Source of the DNA: Actinomycetota bacterium | Lineage (GTDB): Bacteria; Actinomycetota; Actinomycetes; S36-B12; UBA5976 | Direction of reading: 5' to 3' | Length of the DNA stretch: 30,073 nucleotides | Assembly (NCBI GenBank): GCA_027324895.1 | Contig: DAHWFQ010000227.1 | Coordinates: 1 to 30,073 of the forward strand | In this document: piece after piece, positions 11,121 through 25,444 of the stretch | Numbering within the stretch: the stretch's first letter is position 1 | How the letters are laid out: every line of letters begins with the position of its first letter | Program-made: the position numbers and the translations under genes | The notes under the pieces: generated by a model | The model's input: only the letters and a program-made list of their open reading frames with translations | The model's database searches: none | Told to the model about the DNA's origin: nothing

Positions 11121-11891
11121 ATGCGCATCGCCGTCTGCATCAAGCAGGTTCCGGACAGTTACGCCGAGAAGCGCATGATCGACGGTCGCATCGACCGCGC
11201 GGCTTCGGACCGGGTGCTCAACGACCTCGATGAGTACGCCGTCGAGACCGCCCTGCTGCTCGCGGAGGCCCATCCCGACACCAGCGTGACGGCCGTGAGT
11301 GTGGGGCCGGATGAGGCCGCCGAGGCCATCCGCCGGGCCCTCGCCATGGGTGCCAACGACGCCATCCACATCGCCGACCCTGCCATCGCCGGCAGCGACG
11401 CCCCGGCCACCGCCCGCGTCCTCGCCGCTGCGCTGAAGGGCCGCGGATTCGACATCGTGATGTTCGGCCAGGAGTCCACCGATGCCAAGATGGGCGTGGT
11501 GCAGGCCATGGTCGCGACCATGCTCGACCTGCCGCTGCTCTCCTTCGCCGAGGCGGTGCGCGTCGAGCAGGGCCGTGTGCACATCACCCGCCGCACCGAG
11601 GTCGGCCTGCTCGATATGACGGCAGACATGCCGGTTGCAGTTGCCGTGGTGGAGCGCATCCACGAACCGCGCTATCCGTCGTTCAAGGGCATCATGGCTG
11701 CGCGCAAGGCCCCCTTGGAGAAGCTCGACCTGGCGGCCATCGGTGTGCAGCCCGGCGACGTCGGAGTGGCCGGGAGCCGCACCGAGGTGCTGGACGTGCG
11801 ACTCCGGCCCCCGCGCACCAGGGGTGCACTGGTCACGGAGAACGGCGCACAGGCGCTCGTCGATTACCTCAAGACGCAGAAGCTGGTGTGA
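11121..11891 (+). CDS. etfB: Electron transfer flavoprotein beta subunit (FixA/EtfB)
   Basis: [54 protein letters not shown]. Confidence 0.96.
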   Translation: MRIAVCIKQVPDSYAEKRMIDGRIDRAASDRVLNDLDEYAVETALLLAEAHPDTSVTAVSVGPDEAAEAIRRALAMGANDAIHIADPAIAGSDAPATARVLAAALKGRGFDIVMFGQESTDAKMGVVQAMVATMLDLPLLSFAEAVRVEQGRVHITRRTEVGLLDMTADMPVAVAVVERIHEPRYPSFKGIMAARKAPLEKLDLAAIGVQPGDVGVAGSRTEVLDVRLRPPRTRGALVTENGAQALVDYLKTQKLV

Positions 11892-11892
11892 T

Positions 11893-12813
11893 GTGACGAC
11901 GATCCTCGCGGTGATCGTGCCCGCCGCCTCGGAACGCACGAACAGTGAACTGCTCAGTTTGGCGCGCACGCTGGGCAGCTGTGTGGCGGTGGCCACCGCC
12001 CCCGGGCTGGATGCATCGTTCGCCGGTCGCTACGGCGCCAGCGAACTGTGCGTGCCCGATCGGGCATCGGTGTCCGTGCAGGATGCGGCGGAGTTCGTCG
12101 CTGCGGCCGCCACGGAGTGCTCCGCCGACGTCGTCCTCCTCCCGAACTCCATCGACTGCACCGAGATCGCGGCCATCCTGGCCGTGCACCTCGACGCCGG
12201 CATCATCACCAACGCATCGACGGTGCTGCCCGACCTCAGTTGTGAGGTCAGTGTGTTCGGCGGATCCACAACCGTCACCTCCAGGGCCACGGGCCGCCTG
12301 ATCGCGACCGTGCGAGCAGGCGCCGCGGAGGCGACCCCGGCGCCCACGAACTGCACCGAGCGCCCGCTGGCGCACCCCCTGTCCGCCGCCTCCGCCCGCA
12401 TCTCCGTCGGCGAACTGCGTCCCGCGGAGAAGTCCTCGCGCCCGGACCTCGTCACCGCGGACATCGTCGTGTCCGGTGGGCGAGGCGTGGGCTCGGCTGA
12501 GGGATTCAAGGTCATCGAGGCCTTCGCGGATCGCCTCGGCGGGGCTGTGGGCTCTTCGCGTGCCGCCGTCGAGGCGGGCTGGTATCCCCACGCCTTCCAG
12601 GTCGGCCAGACCGGGGTCACCGTCGCTCCGCAGTTGTACCTGGCCGCCGGCATCAGCGGCGCCATCCAGCACCGAGCGGGCATGCAGACCTCGAAGCGGA
12701 TCGTGGCCGTGAACAAGGACGGGGAGGCGCCCATCTTCGAGGTGGCCGACCTCGGCATCGTGGGCGACCTCTTCGACGTGCTTCCGGCGGCCCAGGCGCT
12801 CCTCGAGGACTGA
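11893..12813 (+). CDS. etfA: Electron transfer flavoprotein alpha subunit (FixB/EtfA)
   Basis: [60 protein letters not shown] start 1 nt after the etfB stop. Confidence 0.96.
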   Translation: MTTILAVIVPAASERTNSELLSLARTLGSCVAVATAPGLDASFAGRYGASELCVPDRASVSVQDAAEFVAAAATECSADVVLLPNSIDCTEIAAILAVHLDAGIITNASTVLPDLSCEVSVFGGSTTVTSRATGRLIATVRAGAAEATPAPTNCTERPLAHPLSAASARISVGELRPAEKSSRPDLVTADIVVSGGRGVGSAEGFKVIEAFADRLGGAVGSSRAAVEAGWYPHAFQVGQTGVTVAPQLYLAAGISGAIQHRAGMQTSKRIVAVNKDGEAPIFEVADLGIVGDLFDVLPAAQALLED

Positions 12814-12814
12814 G

Positions 12815-12832
12815 GCGCGGGGCGTCCCGCGC
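12815..12832 (+). terminator. GC-rich hairpin after etfA (no U-tract)
   Basis: GCGCGGG-GCGT-CCCGCGC, 7-bp stem starting 2 nt after the stop. Confidence 0.5.
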
Positions 12833-12839
12833 GCCGATC

Positions 12840-12845
12840 TAGTAT
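12840..12845 (+). promoter_or_regulatory. -10 box TAGTAT, leaderless iscS
   Basis: TANNNT 6 nt upstream of the GTG at 12852. Confidence 0.65.
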
Positions 12846-12851
12846 TCCGAG

Positions 12852-14021
12852 GTGCCGTACTTCGACCATGCCGCGACCTCGCCCATGACACCGGCTGTCA
12901 TCGCGGCCATGGACGGCGCCTTCCGCGTGGTCGGCAACCCCTCGTCCGTGCACTCCGCGGGGCGCGCCGCCCGTCGCCTGGTCGAGGAGTCGCGGGAGAC
13001 CATCGCCGCCGCCGTCGGCTGCCTGCCGGCCGAGGTCGTGTTCACCTCCGGCGGCACGGAGGCGGACAACCTGGCCATCAAGGGCATGTGGATGCAGCGC
13101 CACCGTGAAGCCCCCGAACGCACTCGCCTGCTCGTCTCCGCCGTCGAGCACCACGCGGTGCTCGACTCCGCGTTGTGGCTGGCGACGGCAGAGGGCGCGG
13201 TCGTCGAGCAGGTCCCGGTTGATGGGTTCGGCGCCGTGCGCATGGGGGCCCTGCGCGAACGCATCGCGAGCGATCCTGCGTCGGTTGCCTTGCTGTCCAT
13301 CATGTGGGCCAACAACGAGGTCGGTAGCCTGCAGCCCCTGCGGGAGGTCGTGGCACTTGCCCGGGAGTTCGCGATCCCCGTCCACTCCGACGCGGTGCAG
13401 GCCTTCGCCTCCGAGCATGTGGACTTCGCGGCCAGCGGGCTCTGCGCCATGACGGTGTCAGCACACAAGTACGGCGGTCCCATGGGGGTCGGCGCGCTGG
13501 TGATACGCCGCGACGTCACTCCCACACCGGTGCTCCACGGCGGTGGTCAGGAGCGTGACATCCGTTCCGGCACCATTCCCATGCCCCTCATTGTCGGCAT
13601 GGCCGCGGCATTCCAGGAGGGCACCGCTCGGCTGGACGAGCATCGCGCGAGCATCGCCGCGCTCCGCGACCGCCTGGTCTCAGGTGTGCAGCAGCTCGAC
13701 CTGGGTGCCGAACTGCGCGGCCACCCCACGGAGCGACTCCCGGGGAATGCCCACTTCACCTTCCCGGGCTGCGAGGGCGATGCCCTGCTCATGCTGCTGG
13801 ATGCCGCAGGCATCCAGGTGTCCACCGGCAGCGCCTGCTCTGCCGGAGTGCCGGAGGCGTCGCACGTGCTGTTGGCCATGGGCATCGACGATGCCGAGGC
13901 TCGTGGTGCAGTGCGCTTCTCGCTCGGGCGTACCACGACGGGCGAGGACGTCGACGCACTGCTTGCGGCCCTCCCGGACGTCGTGGCCCGCGTGCGCAGG
14001 GCCGGGTTGATGCTGCGATGA
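12852..14021 (+). CDS. iscS: Cysteine desulfurase (IscS/NifS type)
   Basis: [41 protein letters not shown] (PLP Lys), STGSACS (catalytic Cys). Confidence 0.95.
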   Translation: MPYFDHAATSPMTPAVIAAMDGAFRVVGNPSSVHSAGRAARRLVEESRETIAAAVGCLPAEVVFTSGGTEADNLAIKGMWMQRHREAPERTRLLVSAVEHHAVLDSALWLATAEGAVVEQVPVDGFGAVRMGALRERIASDPASVALLSIMWANNEVGSLQPLREVVALAREFAIPVHSDAVQAFASEHVDFAASGLCAMTVSAHKYGGPMGVGALVIRRDVTPTPVLHGGGQERDIRSGTIPMPLIVGMAAAFQEGTARLDEHRASIAALRDRLVSGVQQLDLGAELRGHPTERLPGNAHFTFPGCEGDALLMLLDAAGIQVSTGSACSAGVPEASHVLLAMGIDDAEARGAVRFSLGRTTTGEDVDALLAALPDVVARVRRAGLMLR

Positions 14022-15103
14022 AGGTCCTTGCGGCGATGTCCGGCGGCGTCGACTCCGCGGTGGCTGCGGCGCGCGTGGTGGCTGCCGGCCACGAGGTCAC
14101 GGGCATGCACCTCGCGCTCTCGAACAATCCGCAGTCGTTCCGGTCGGGCGCGCGCGGCTGCTGCTCCCTCGAGGACTCCCGCGATGCGCGGCGCGCGGCC
14201 GACATCATCGGCATCCCCTTCTACGTGTGGGACATGGCCGAGCAGTTCCGTCGCGACGTGGTGGAGGACTTCGTCGCCGAATATGCGGCGGGCAGGACGC
14301 CGAATCCCTGCCTGCGCTGCAACGAGCGCATCAAGTTCGCCGCGGTCCTCGACCGCGCCCTGGCACTCGGATTCGACGCGGTCGCGACCGGCCACTACGC
14401 GCGGATCGTGGACGGCGGCCACGGATTCGCATTGCATCGCGCGCGGGACTCCTCGAAGGACCAGTCCTACGTGCTCGGCGTGCTGGAGCAGTGGCAGCTC
14501 GAGAAGTCGTTGTTCCCCTTGGGGGATTCGCTGAAGAGCGAAGTGCGCGAGGAAGCTGCCCGGCTGGGCCTGACGGTGGCCAGGAAGCCGGACAGCCACG
14601 ACATCTGCTTCATCGCCGACGGCGACACCAGCGGCTGGTTGGAGGAGCGCCTGGGGGAGCAGCGCGGCGAGATCATCGACGCGGTGAGCGGCGCTGTGCT
14701 CGGGGAGCATCACGGGGCCTACCGCTTCACCGTCGGCCAACGTCGCGGGACCGCGATCTCCGTGCCCGCGCCCGACGGCGCGCCCCGCTATGTGACCTCG
14801 ATCGACCCTACGACCCGACGCGTGTTCGTCGGCCCTCCGACACTGCTGGACGTGAACATCGTGGAAGGCGTGCGGGCCCATTGGTGCCAAGGCGTCCCGG
14901 CCGTGGGCTCCCGCGTCGGCGTGCAGGTTCGGGCTCACGGTGCCGAGGTGCCGGCCGTGGTGGAGGCCGTTGACGGCGTGAGTGCGACCCTGCGAACGCT
15001 GCAGCCGATCCGTGGCCTGGCGGCCGGCCAGGCGGCCGTGATGTACGAGGGCCCGAGAGTTGTTGGCGCAGTGACGGTGGCGGGCTCGCGCCGTGATGCA
15101 TAG
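14018..15103 (+). CDS. mnmA: tRNA 2-thiouridine(34) synthase
   Basis: [10 protein letters not shown]-loop, [36 protein letters not shown]; ATGA overlap with iscS. Confidence 0.97.
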   Translation: MKVLAAMSGGVDSAVAAARVVAAGHEVTGMHLALSNNPQSFRSGARGCCSLEDSRDARRAADIIGIPFYVWDMAEQFRRDVVEDFVAEYAAGRTPNPCLRCNERIKFAAVLDRALALGFDAVATGHYARIVDGGHGFALHRARDSSKDQSYVLGVLEQWQLEKSLFPLGDSLKSEVREEAARLGLTVARKPDSHDICFIADGDTSGWLEERLGEQRGEIIDAVSGAVLGEHHGAYRFTVGQRRGTAISVPAPDGAPRYVTSIDPTTRRVFVGPPTLLDVNIVEGVRAHWCQGVPAVGSRVGVQVRAHGAEVPAVVEAVDGVSATLRTLQPIRGLAAGQAAVMYEGPRVVGAVTVAGSRRDA

Positions 15104-15146
15104 CGCCGGGCGTGCTCCGCGGAGGGCCAGCGAGCGCCCTTCGGAT

Positions 15147-16196
15147 GTGTCCGAGTGGACGGCCTCGGTGCGCGCGCTGCGCGCCACTGGGGTGGGTTCG
15201 CTTCCGGGTGCATCGGCGCGCGAGGCCATGTCGGTCGTGACCGGGGAGTTCCCGGAACTCGTGCACCTGCCGGAGCTGCCCGCACGGGGGCCGGGGGGCG
15301 ACCTGGTTGGGCGGACCGCCGCCCTGCTCGCCGGGGTGGCCAGCGAATTCTCCGTGGAGACGACCCCGACGGGCTGGCGCTACGCCGATCGGCCGGGCCC
15401 GGCCGTGCGTCGGGCCCTGTCCTACTGGCGTGAGGACCTCGATGTCTTCGAGGAGTCCTGCCAGGGCGCCACGGGCGACCTCAAGCTGCAGTTGTGCGGA
15501 CCGGTGACGCTCGCCGCATCCATCTCGCTGCGCCGCGGCGAGCGCGTGCTGTCCGACCAGGGGGCCATGCGGGACCTGGTGGAGGCGCACCGCGAGGCGG
15601 TGGTCGCGCACATCACCGACCTGCGGAGGCGCCTGCCGGCTGCGCGATGGATCCTGCAAATCGACGAGCCCGCGATGGATGCGGCGCTCCGCGGGGCGCT
15701 ACCTACGCAGAGCGGTTGGGGGCGACTCACGCCGCTCGAGGAGCCGCTCGTCCGCGCCTGGCACCGGCGGCTCGCTGAGGTGGTCCGGGCCGGCGCCGCC
15801 ACTCCGTGGCTGCACGCCTGCACTGGCCGGCCGCCCATCGCCCTGGCCCTCGATGCGGGGTACAGCGGCCTCTCCGGTGCCATCGACCTCCTGCGCCCGG
15901 CGGACGACGATGCCCTCGGCGCGGCAGTCGAGGGCGGCATGACGTTGATCGCTGGAGTGGTGCCGGCGACGGCCGAGGGGATCGCGCACGCCCCAAGTGC
16001 GCCGGCGCTCGTCGACCCGATCCGGCGTCTCTACGGGCGCATCGGGCTCGATGACGCCGTGCTCGCCGCTTCGGTGGTGATCAGCCCCGCCTGCGGCCTC
16101 GGCGACCTCAGCTGGGCGTCAGCGCGCGCCGCCATGGCGCTCACCCGCGAGGCAGCGCACGTGCTCGCCGATCAGCTGGACGCCGGCCCCGAGTAG
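15147..16196 (+). CDS. Cobalamin-independent methionine synthase catalytic-domain-like protein (MetE C-terminal barrel only; Rv3015c-like)
   Basis: TGVGSLPG, KLQLCGPVT, LQIDEP, LHAC (HxC zinc ligands), ISPACGL. About 350 aa with no N-terminal folate-binding barrel. Start is 15147 or 15093. Confidence 0.75.
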   Translation: MSEWTASVRALRATGVGSLPGASAREAMSVVTGEFPELVHLPELPARGPGGDLVGRTAALLAGVASEFSVETTPTGWRYADRPGPAVRRALSYWREDLDVFEESCQGATGDLKLQLCGPVTLAASISLRRGERVLSDQGAMRDLVEAHREAVVAHITDLRRRLPAARWILQIDEPAMDAALRGALPTQSGWGRLTPLEEPLVRAWHRRLAEVVRAGAATPWLHACTGRPPIALALDAGYSGLSGAIDLLRPADDDALGAAVEGGMTLIAGVVPATAEGIAHAPSAPALVDPIRRLYGRIGLDDAVLAASVVISPACGLGDLSWASARAAMALTREAAHVLADQLDAGPE

Positions 16197-17047
16197 GCGG
16201 CTTCGGTGGCCATCAGGCTGGCGAGCAGTTGCAGGGCGTCCGCCGAGGGGCTTCCCGGCGACGCGGTGTAGACCATGAGCGTGAGCCCGGGGTCGCTCGC
16301 CAACTCCAGGGCCTCGTAGTCCAGGTCCATGAGCCCGACGCGAGGGTGCCGGAACTGCTTGCTCCCCGTCCGATGCTTGCGCACGTCATGCGACGCCCAA
16401 CGCGTGCGGAACTCCTCGCTGCGCGTGGACAGCTCGCCGACGAGATCGGTGAGCTGCCGGTCGAAGGGATCGCGTCCTGCCTGGGCGCGCAGCAGCGCCA
16501 CGCAGTCCGTGGCGCGCACCTCCCAGTTCACGAAGAACACGCGCGAGCGGGGATCGAGGAACTGGTAGCGCGCGAGGTTCGGAACGCCGCGTGGGTCGTC
16601 GAGCGCCTCCACGAAGACCGACCGTCCCAGGTGGTTGGTGGCGAGCACGTCCAGGTTTGCGTTGCGGACGTAGGCAGGGGCGTCGGTCAGGGCATCGAGG
16701 ATGCGTTGCACCGCGGGCCGCACCTGACGGGTCGCATTGGCGGGCCGGCGTGCACGTGCCGGGGTGTTGGCGCTGCGAGCGAGATTGCGGAGATGGTCAC
16801 GCTCGGCCTCGTCGAGTGCGAGCGCCCGCGCCAGGGCTTCGAGCACACTCTCCGAAACGCCGCTCAGGTTGCCGCGCTCCAAGCGCGTGTAGTAGTCGAC
16901 GCTCACGCCGGCGAGCATGGCAACCTCCTCACGACGCAGTCCGGCCACTCGCCTGCGACCACCGTAGTTGGGAAGGCCCGCCTGCTCCGGGGTCATGCGC
17001 GCCCGTCGGGAGGTGAGGAAGTCTCGGATCTCATTGCGGGTGTCCAC
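16172..17047 (-). CDS. XRE-family HTH regulator with MmyB-like ligand-binding domain
   Basis: FLTSRRARMTPEQAGL...RRVAGLRREEVAMLAGVSVDYYTRLERG (HTH); PAYVRNANLDVLATN and EFRTRWASHDV (MmyB-like domain). Confidence 0.93.
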   Translation of the reverse strand: MDTRNEIRDFLTSRRARMTPEQAGLPNYGGRRRVAGLRREEVAMLAGVSVDYYTRLERGNLSGVSESVLEALARALALDEAERDHLRNLARSANTPARARRPANATRQVRPAVQRILDALTDAPAYVRNANLDVLATNHLGRSVFVEALDDPRGVPNLARYQFLDPRSRVFFVNWEVRATDCVALLRAQAGRDPFDRQLTDLVGELSTRSEEFRTRWASHDVRKHRTGSKQFRHPRVGLMDLDYEALELASDPGLTLMVYTASPGSPSADALQLLASLMATEAAYSGPASS

Positions 17048-17053
17048 GCCACC

Positions 17054-17059
17054 ACGGTA
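17054..17059 (-). promoter_or_regulatory. -10 box TACCGT, leaderless XRE regulator
   Basis: TANNNT 6 nt upstream of the GTG at 17047. Confidence 0.6.
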
Positions 17060-17196
17060 CGGCCTGCGGCAGGGGGAGCTGGGAGGGTCTGCCGTTACCG
17101 GTATGCGGCGGGTCTCCCGCGCTGGGCCGCCGCGCGCTTCACTGGTGCTGTGCGCAGTACGCAGTGCCGCTGCGCCATCGGATCGAAGGAGTCAAG

Positions 17197-18231
17197 ATGC
17201 GTGCAACCCTGATGTACGGAGCCGGGGATGTCCGGGTGGAAGAGGTCCCCGATGCCCGGCTGGTGGAACCCACCGATGTCGTGGTCCGGGTCGTCCTCTC
17301 CTGCATCTGCGGCAGTGACCTGTGGGGCTATGGCGACATGCCGGCCGGTGAGGTGGGCCGTCGCATGGGACATGAGTTCCTCGGCGAGGTGGTGGAAGCG
17401 GGCCGCGACGTACGCAACCACCGGGTCGGCGATCTCGTGGTGGCCCCCTTCGTGATCTCGGACAACACCTGTGACTTCTGCCGGGAGGGCTTCCACACCT
17501 CGTGCCGTCACCGGAACGGCTGGGGGTCACCCGGCGTCGACGCGGGACAGGGCGAGGCGGTTCGCGTCCCGCTCGCCGACGGCACACTGGTGAAGCTGCC
17601 GGTGGCCGCGGACTCCGCGCTCCTGCCCTCGCTGCTCACCCTCTCGGACGTCATGTGCACGGGTCATCACGCCGCGTACATGGGACGTGTGAACGCCCGC
17701 ACCTCGGTGACGGTGGTCGGCGACGGCGCCGTGGGCCTGTGTGCGGTGATCGCCGCCAAGCGACTGGGTGCCGAGCGCATCATCCTCATGGGTCGCCACG
17801 CGGTGCGGACCCAGTTGGGCCGTGAGTTCGGTGCCACCGACGTGGTGGCGGAGCGCGGGAAGGCCGGCATCGAGCGGGTGCGCGAGCTCACCAATGGTGA
17901 CGGCACCCACGTCGTCCTCGAGTGCGTGGGCACGCGCGATTCCCTCGACATGTCGCTGGGGGCGGTGCGTGACGCCGGCACCATCAGCCGCGTGGGCGCC
18001 CCGCAGTACGAGGAGGGCCCCATGGGGCTGGGGATCCTGTTCCGCAACCTCACCTACACGGGTGGGGTAGCGCCGGCGCGCGCGTACATCGAGGACCTCA
18101 TGCCCGACATCCTGGAGGGCCGCATCAACCCGGGACGGGTGTTCGACCGCACCGTGTCGCTCGACGAGGTGCTGGCCGGCTATCGCGCCATGGCCGCCCG
18201 CGAGGCGATCAAGGTGCTCGTGAAGCCCTGA
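17197..18231 (+). CDS. Zinc-dependent alcohol dehydrogenase (MDR superfamily)
   Basis: SD AAGGAG at 17186-17191; CICGSD, GHE, D-x2-C-x2-C-x7-C structural zinc site, Rossmann VVGDGAVG. Confidence 0.92.
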   Translation: MRATLMYGAGDVRVEEVPDARLVEPTDVVVRVVLSCICGSDLWGYGDMPAGEVGRRMGHEFLGEVVEAGRDVRNHRVGDLVVAPFVISDNTCDFCREGFHTSCRHRNGWGSPGVDAGQGEAVRVPLADGTLVKLPVAADSALLPSLLTLSDVMCTGHHAAYMGRVNARTSVTVVGDGAVGLCAVIAAKRLGAERIILMGRHAVRTQLGREFGATDVVAERGKAGIERVRELTNGDGTHVVLECVGTRDSLDMSLGAVRDAGTISRVGAPQYEEGPMGLGILFRNLTYTGGVAPARAYIEDLMPDILEGRINPGRVFDRTVSLDEVLAGYRAMAAREAIKVLVKP

Positions 18232-18257
18232 GTGGGCTCAGAGGGGAATGACAGGGA

Positions 18258-18667
18258 ATGGAACGACAGCAGAGGCCGCCGACCCGCAGGGGACCGGCCG
18301 AATGGTTCACCGGCGAGGTCTTCATCGACGGCATCACGGGCAACGAGCAACCCCCGCATGCCAGCCTGGGTTCGGTGCACTTCACGCCCGGTGCGCGCAC
18401 GGCTTGGCACGCGCATGACGCGGGGCAGACGCTCTACGTCGTGGAGGGCGTCGGTATCGTCGCCGCACGGGACGGCGCGGTGCTGGCCCTGCGACCCGGG
18501 GATGTCGTGCACGCGCCGGCCTCCGAATGGCACTGGCATGGTGCCTCGACCGAGCACTTCATGACGCACATCTCCATCACCGAGACGGGCACGGCTGCGC
18601 AATGGGGTGCGCACGTGACCGATGAGGAGTACACGCAGGCAGTCGCACGCATCAACGATGTACAGGA

Positions 18668-18671
<4 letters not shown>
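18258..18671 (+). CDS. Cupin-domain protein
   Basis: VHFTPGARTAWHAHDAGQTLYV and GDVVHAPASEWHWHG, the two cupin metal-binding motifs. Confidence 0.9.
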
Positions 18672-23334
<4,663 letters not shown>

Positions 23335-23392
23335 GCCGCGGTCCATGCACGAGGTGTGGCAGGGTTGCGTCGCGCTGCGACGAGGAGAGCCG

Positions 23393-25414
23393 ATGCCATC
23401 GCCCACTGCCATCACGGGACGCCTGCCCCTCCAAGGTGCGGCCCGCCTCTTCACGGCCAGCGCCCTCATGCTGTTCGTGCAGTTGGCACTGATCCGCTGG
23501 TCGGGTGCCAACCTGCTGCACCTCTCCTACTTCTCCAACCTCATCCTGCTGGCGTCGTTCCTCGGCATCGGCGTGGGCTTCCTGAGGGCGGCGCGCCCCG
23601 GTGACCTCGGCCGGTACGCACCGATCGGGCTCTTCGCCCTCGTGCTCTTCATCACGCTGTTCCCGGCCCGCATCGAGAGCACCACCTCGCAGTTGATCTT
23701 CTTCACCTCGGTGAATCCCACCGGGCTCCCGGCGTGGGTGTCACTGCCCTTGGTGTTCCTCGTCATCGCCGCCACCATGACCGCGTTCGGCGAGATCGCC
23801 GGGCGCGCCTTCAAGGAGTTCCCCGCACTGCACGCCTACCGCTGGGACATCCTGGGCTCCATCAGCGGCACACTCGCCTTCACCCTGCTGTCCTTCCTGC
23901 GTGCACCGTCGTTCGTGTGGCCGACGGTCGTGGCCGTCGCCTTCATCGCGCTGTACGGGCGTCGGCTGCCCCCGGTGTCCCGTGTCGCCCTGTTGGCGGT
24001 CATCGCCATGCTCCTCATGGAGTCGATGACCCCGGGCGTCTCATGGTCGCCGTACTACAAGGTGTCGACGCGACTGACGGACAACGGCAGGGGCGTCGAC
24101 ATCTGGGTCAACGGGATCCCCCATCAGGTGGCACGTGACGTCGACCTGCGCCTCGCCCTCGAGCCGATCTACGGCAAGCCCTATGAGCGCGCCGTGAACA
24201 AGTCCCTGCAGGACGTCCTCATCATCGGAGCCGGTTCGGGATCCGATGTCGCCATCGCCCTGCGCAAGCAGGCGCGGCATGTGGATGCGGTGGAGATCGA
24301 CCCCCGCATCCTGCAGATCGGCCAGCAGGTCCACCCGAACCACCCGTACCAGGACGCCCGGGTCAGCACGTTCGTGAACGACGGGCGCGCATTCCTGTCG
24401 AGCACCGATCGACGCTACGACCTCATCCTGTTCGCTCTGCCCGACTCCCTGACCCTGGTCTCGGGAGCCAGCCAACTGCGGCTGGAGTCCTACCTCTTCA
24501 CCATCGAGGCGATGCGGTCCGCGCGCGAGCACTTGAAACCGCAAGGCGTGTTCGCCATGTACAACTTCTACCGTCAGGCCTGGCTGGTGAACCGCCTTGC
24601 GGGCACCCTCGATGAGGTCTACGGGCACGCTCCATGCATCGACACCGAGCACTCCGCTGTGGCGCTCACCATCGGTCTGCAGGCAGCCGATGTCACCTGT
24701 GTGGCCGGCGGCACATGGAACCGCGCAACCGCGGGCGTGGTACCGGCACCCGCCAGCGATGACTGGCCCTTCCTGTACCTCGAGTACCACGGCATCCCAG
24801 GCTTCTACCTCCTGATCATCGGACTCATCCTGCTCTCGTCCGCCCTCGGGGTCCGCGCCTTCGGCGCCCGCTTCTCGGCCATGACCGCCTACCGCGACCT
24901 CTTCTTCATGGGCGTGGCGTTCCTGCTCCTGGAGACCAAGTCCGTAACCACGTTCGCCCTGCTGTTCGGCACCACCTGGCTCGTCAACGCCATGGTGTTC
25001 ACCGGTGTGCTGCTCGCGGTGTTGCTCGCCATCGAGACCACGATGCGGCGCCGGATCCCCATCTCCACGCCAGTCACCGTGGTCGGCCTCTTCGCATCGC
25101 TCGCAGTGGCCTTCGCAGTGCCCAATGACATGCTGCTCGGCCTCCCCGTCCCCTTGCGGCTGGTCTTCGCCGTCGCGCTGGCGTTCGCACCGGTGTTCTG
25201 CGCCAACCTGCTGTTCACATCCCGCTTCCGCGAGGTGGCATCGCCCACCAACGCCTTCGCGGCGAACCTCCTGGGCGCCATGATCGGCGGATGCCTGGAG
25301 TACCTCTCGCTGCTCATCGGCTATCGCATGCTGCTCCTGGTGGTGGCCGGCGCGTACGTGCTGGCGGTCCTCAGCTTCCGGCGCCCGCGGGTAGCGGGTC
25401 CCGTGACCTCCTGA
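23393..25414 (+). CDS. Multi-pass membrane protein with central spermidine-synthase-like class I SAM-binding domain (673 aa)
   Basis: SD GAGGAG at 23382-23387. About 7 hydrophobic segments, then WSPYYKV...VLIIGAGSGSDV...VDAVEIDP...DGRAFL...YDLILFALPDS...DDWPFLY, then about 7 more hydrophobic segments. Confidence 0.8.
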   Translation: MPSPTAITGRLPLQGAARLFTASALMLFVQLALIRWSGANLLHLSYFSNLILLASFLGIGVGFLRAARPGDLGRYAPIGLFALVLFITLFPARIESTTSQLIFFTSVNPTGLPAWVSLPLVFLVIAATMTAFGEIAGRAFKEFPALHAYRWDILGSISGTLAFTLLSFLRAPSFVWPTVVAVAFIALYGRRLPPVSRVALLAVIAMLLMESMTPGVSWSPYYKVSTRLTDNGRGVDIWVNGIPHQVARDVDLRLALEPIYGKPYERAVNKSLQDVLIIGAGSGSDVAIALRKQARHVDAVEIDPRILQIGQQVHPNHPYQDARVSTFVNDGRAFLSSTDRRYDLILFALPDSLTLVSGASQLRLESYLFTIEAMRSAREHLKPQGVFAMYNFYRQAWLVNRLAGTLDEVYGHAPCIDTEHSAVALTIGLQAADVTCVAGGTWNRATAGVVPAPASDDWPFLYLEYHGIPGFYLLIIGLILLSSALGVRAFGARFSAMTAYRDLFFMGVAFLLLETKSVTTFALLFGTTWLVNAMVFTGVLLAVLLAIETTMRRRIPISTPVTVVGLFASLAVAFAVPNDMLLGLPVPLRLVFAVALAFAPVFCANLLFTSRFREVASPTNAFAANLLGAMIGGCLEYLSLLIGYRMLLLVVAGAYVLAVLSFRRPRVAGPVTS

Positions 25415-25417
25415 GGC

Positions 25418-25439
25418 TGTCGGAGGGGGTCGGCAGGAT
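25418..25439 (+). promoter_or_regulatory. PafBC / RecA-NDp-like DNA-damage promoter TGTCGG-N10-CAGGAT
   Basis: Exact TGTCGG at 25418-25423, 10-nt spacer, and xANNNT -10 at 25434-25439 with C in place of the first T. Confidence 0.65.
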
Positions 25440-25444
25440 GTCGC

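Noticed and set aside
18244-18260. Tandem GGGAATG repeat giving an out-of-frame ATG at 18248 before the cupin start
   Set aside because: The alternative frame has poor codon usage and no motif; likely incidental.
23368-23382. CGTCGC-GCT-GCGACG hairpin touching the SD of the membrane protein gene, as a possible riboswitch
   Set aside because: Only a 6-bp stem, and the 58-nt gap is too short for any known aptamer I can recognise.
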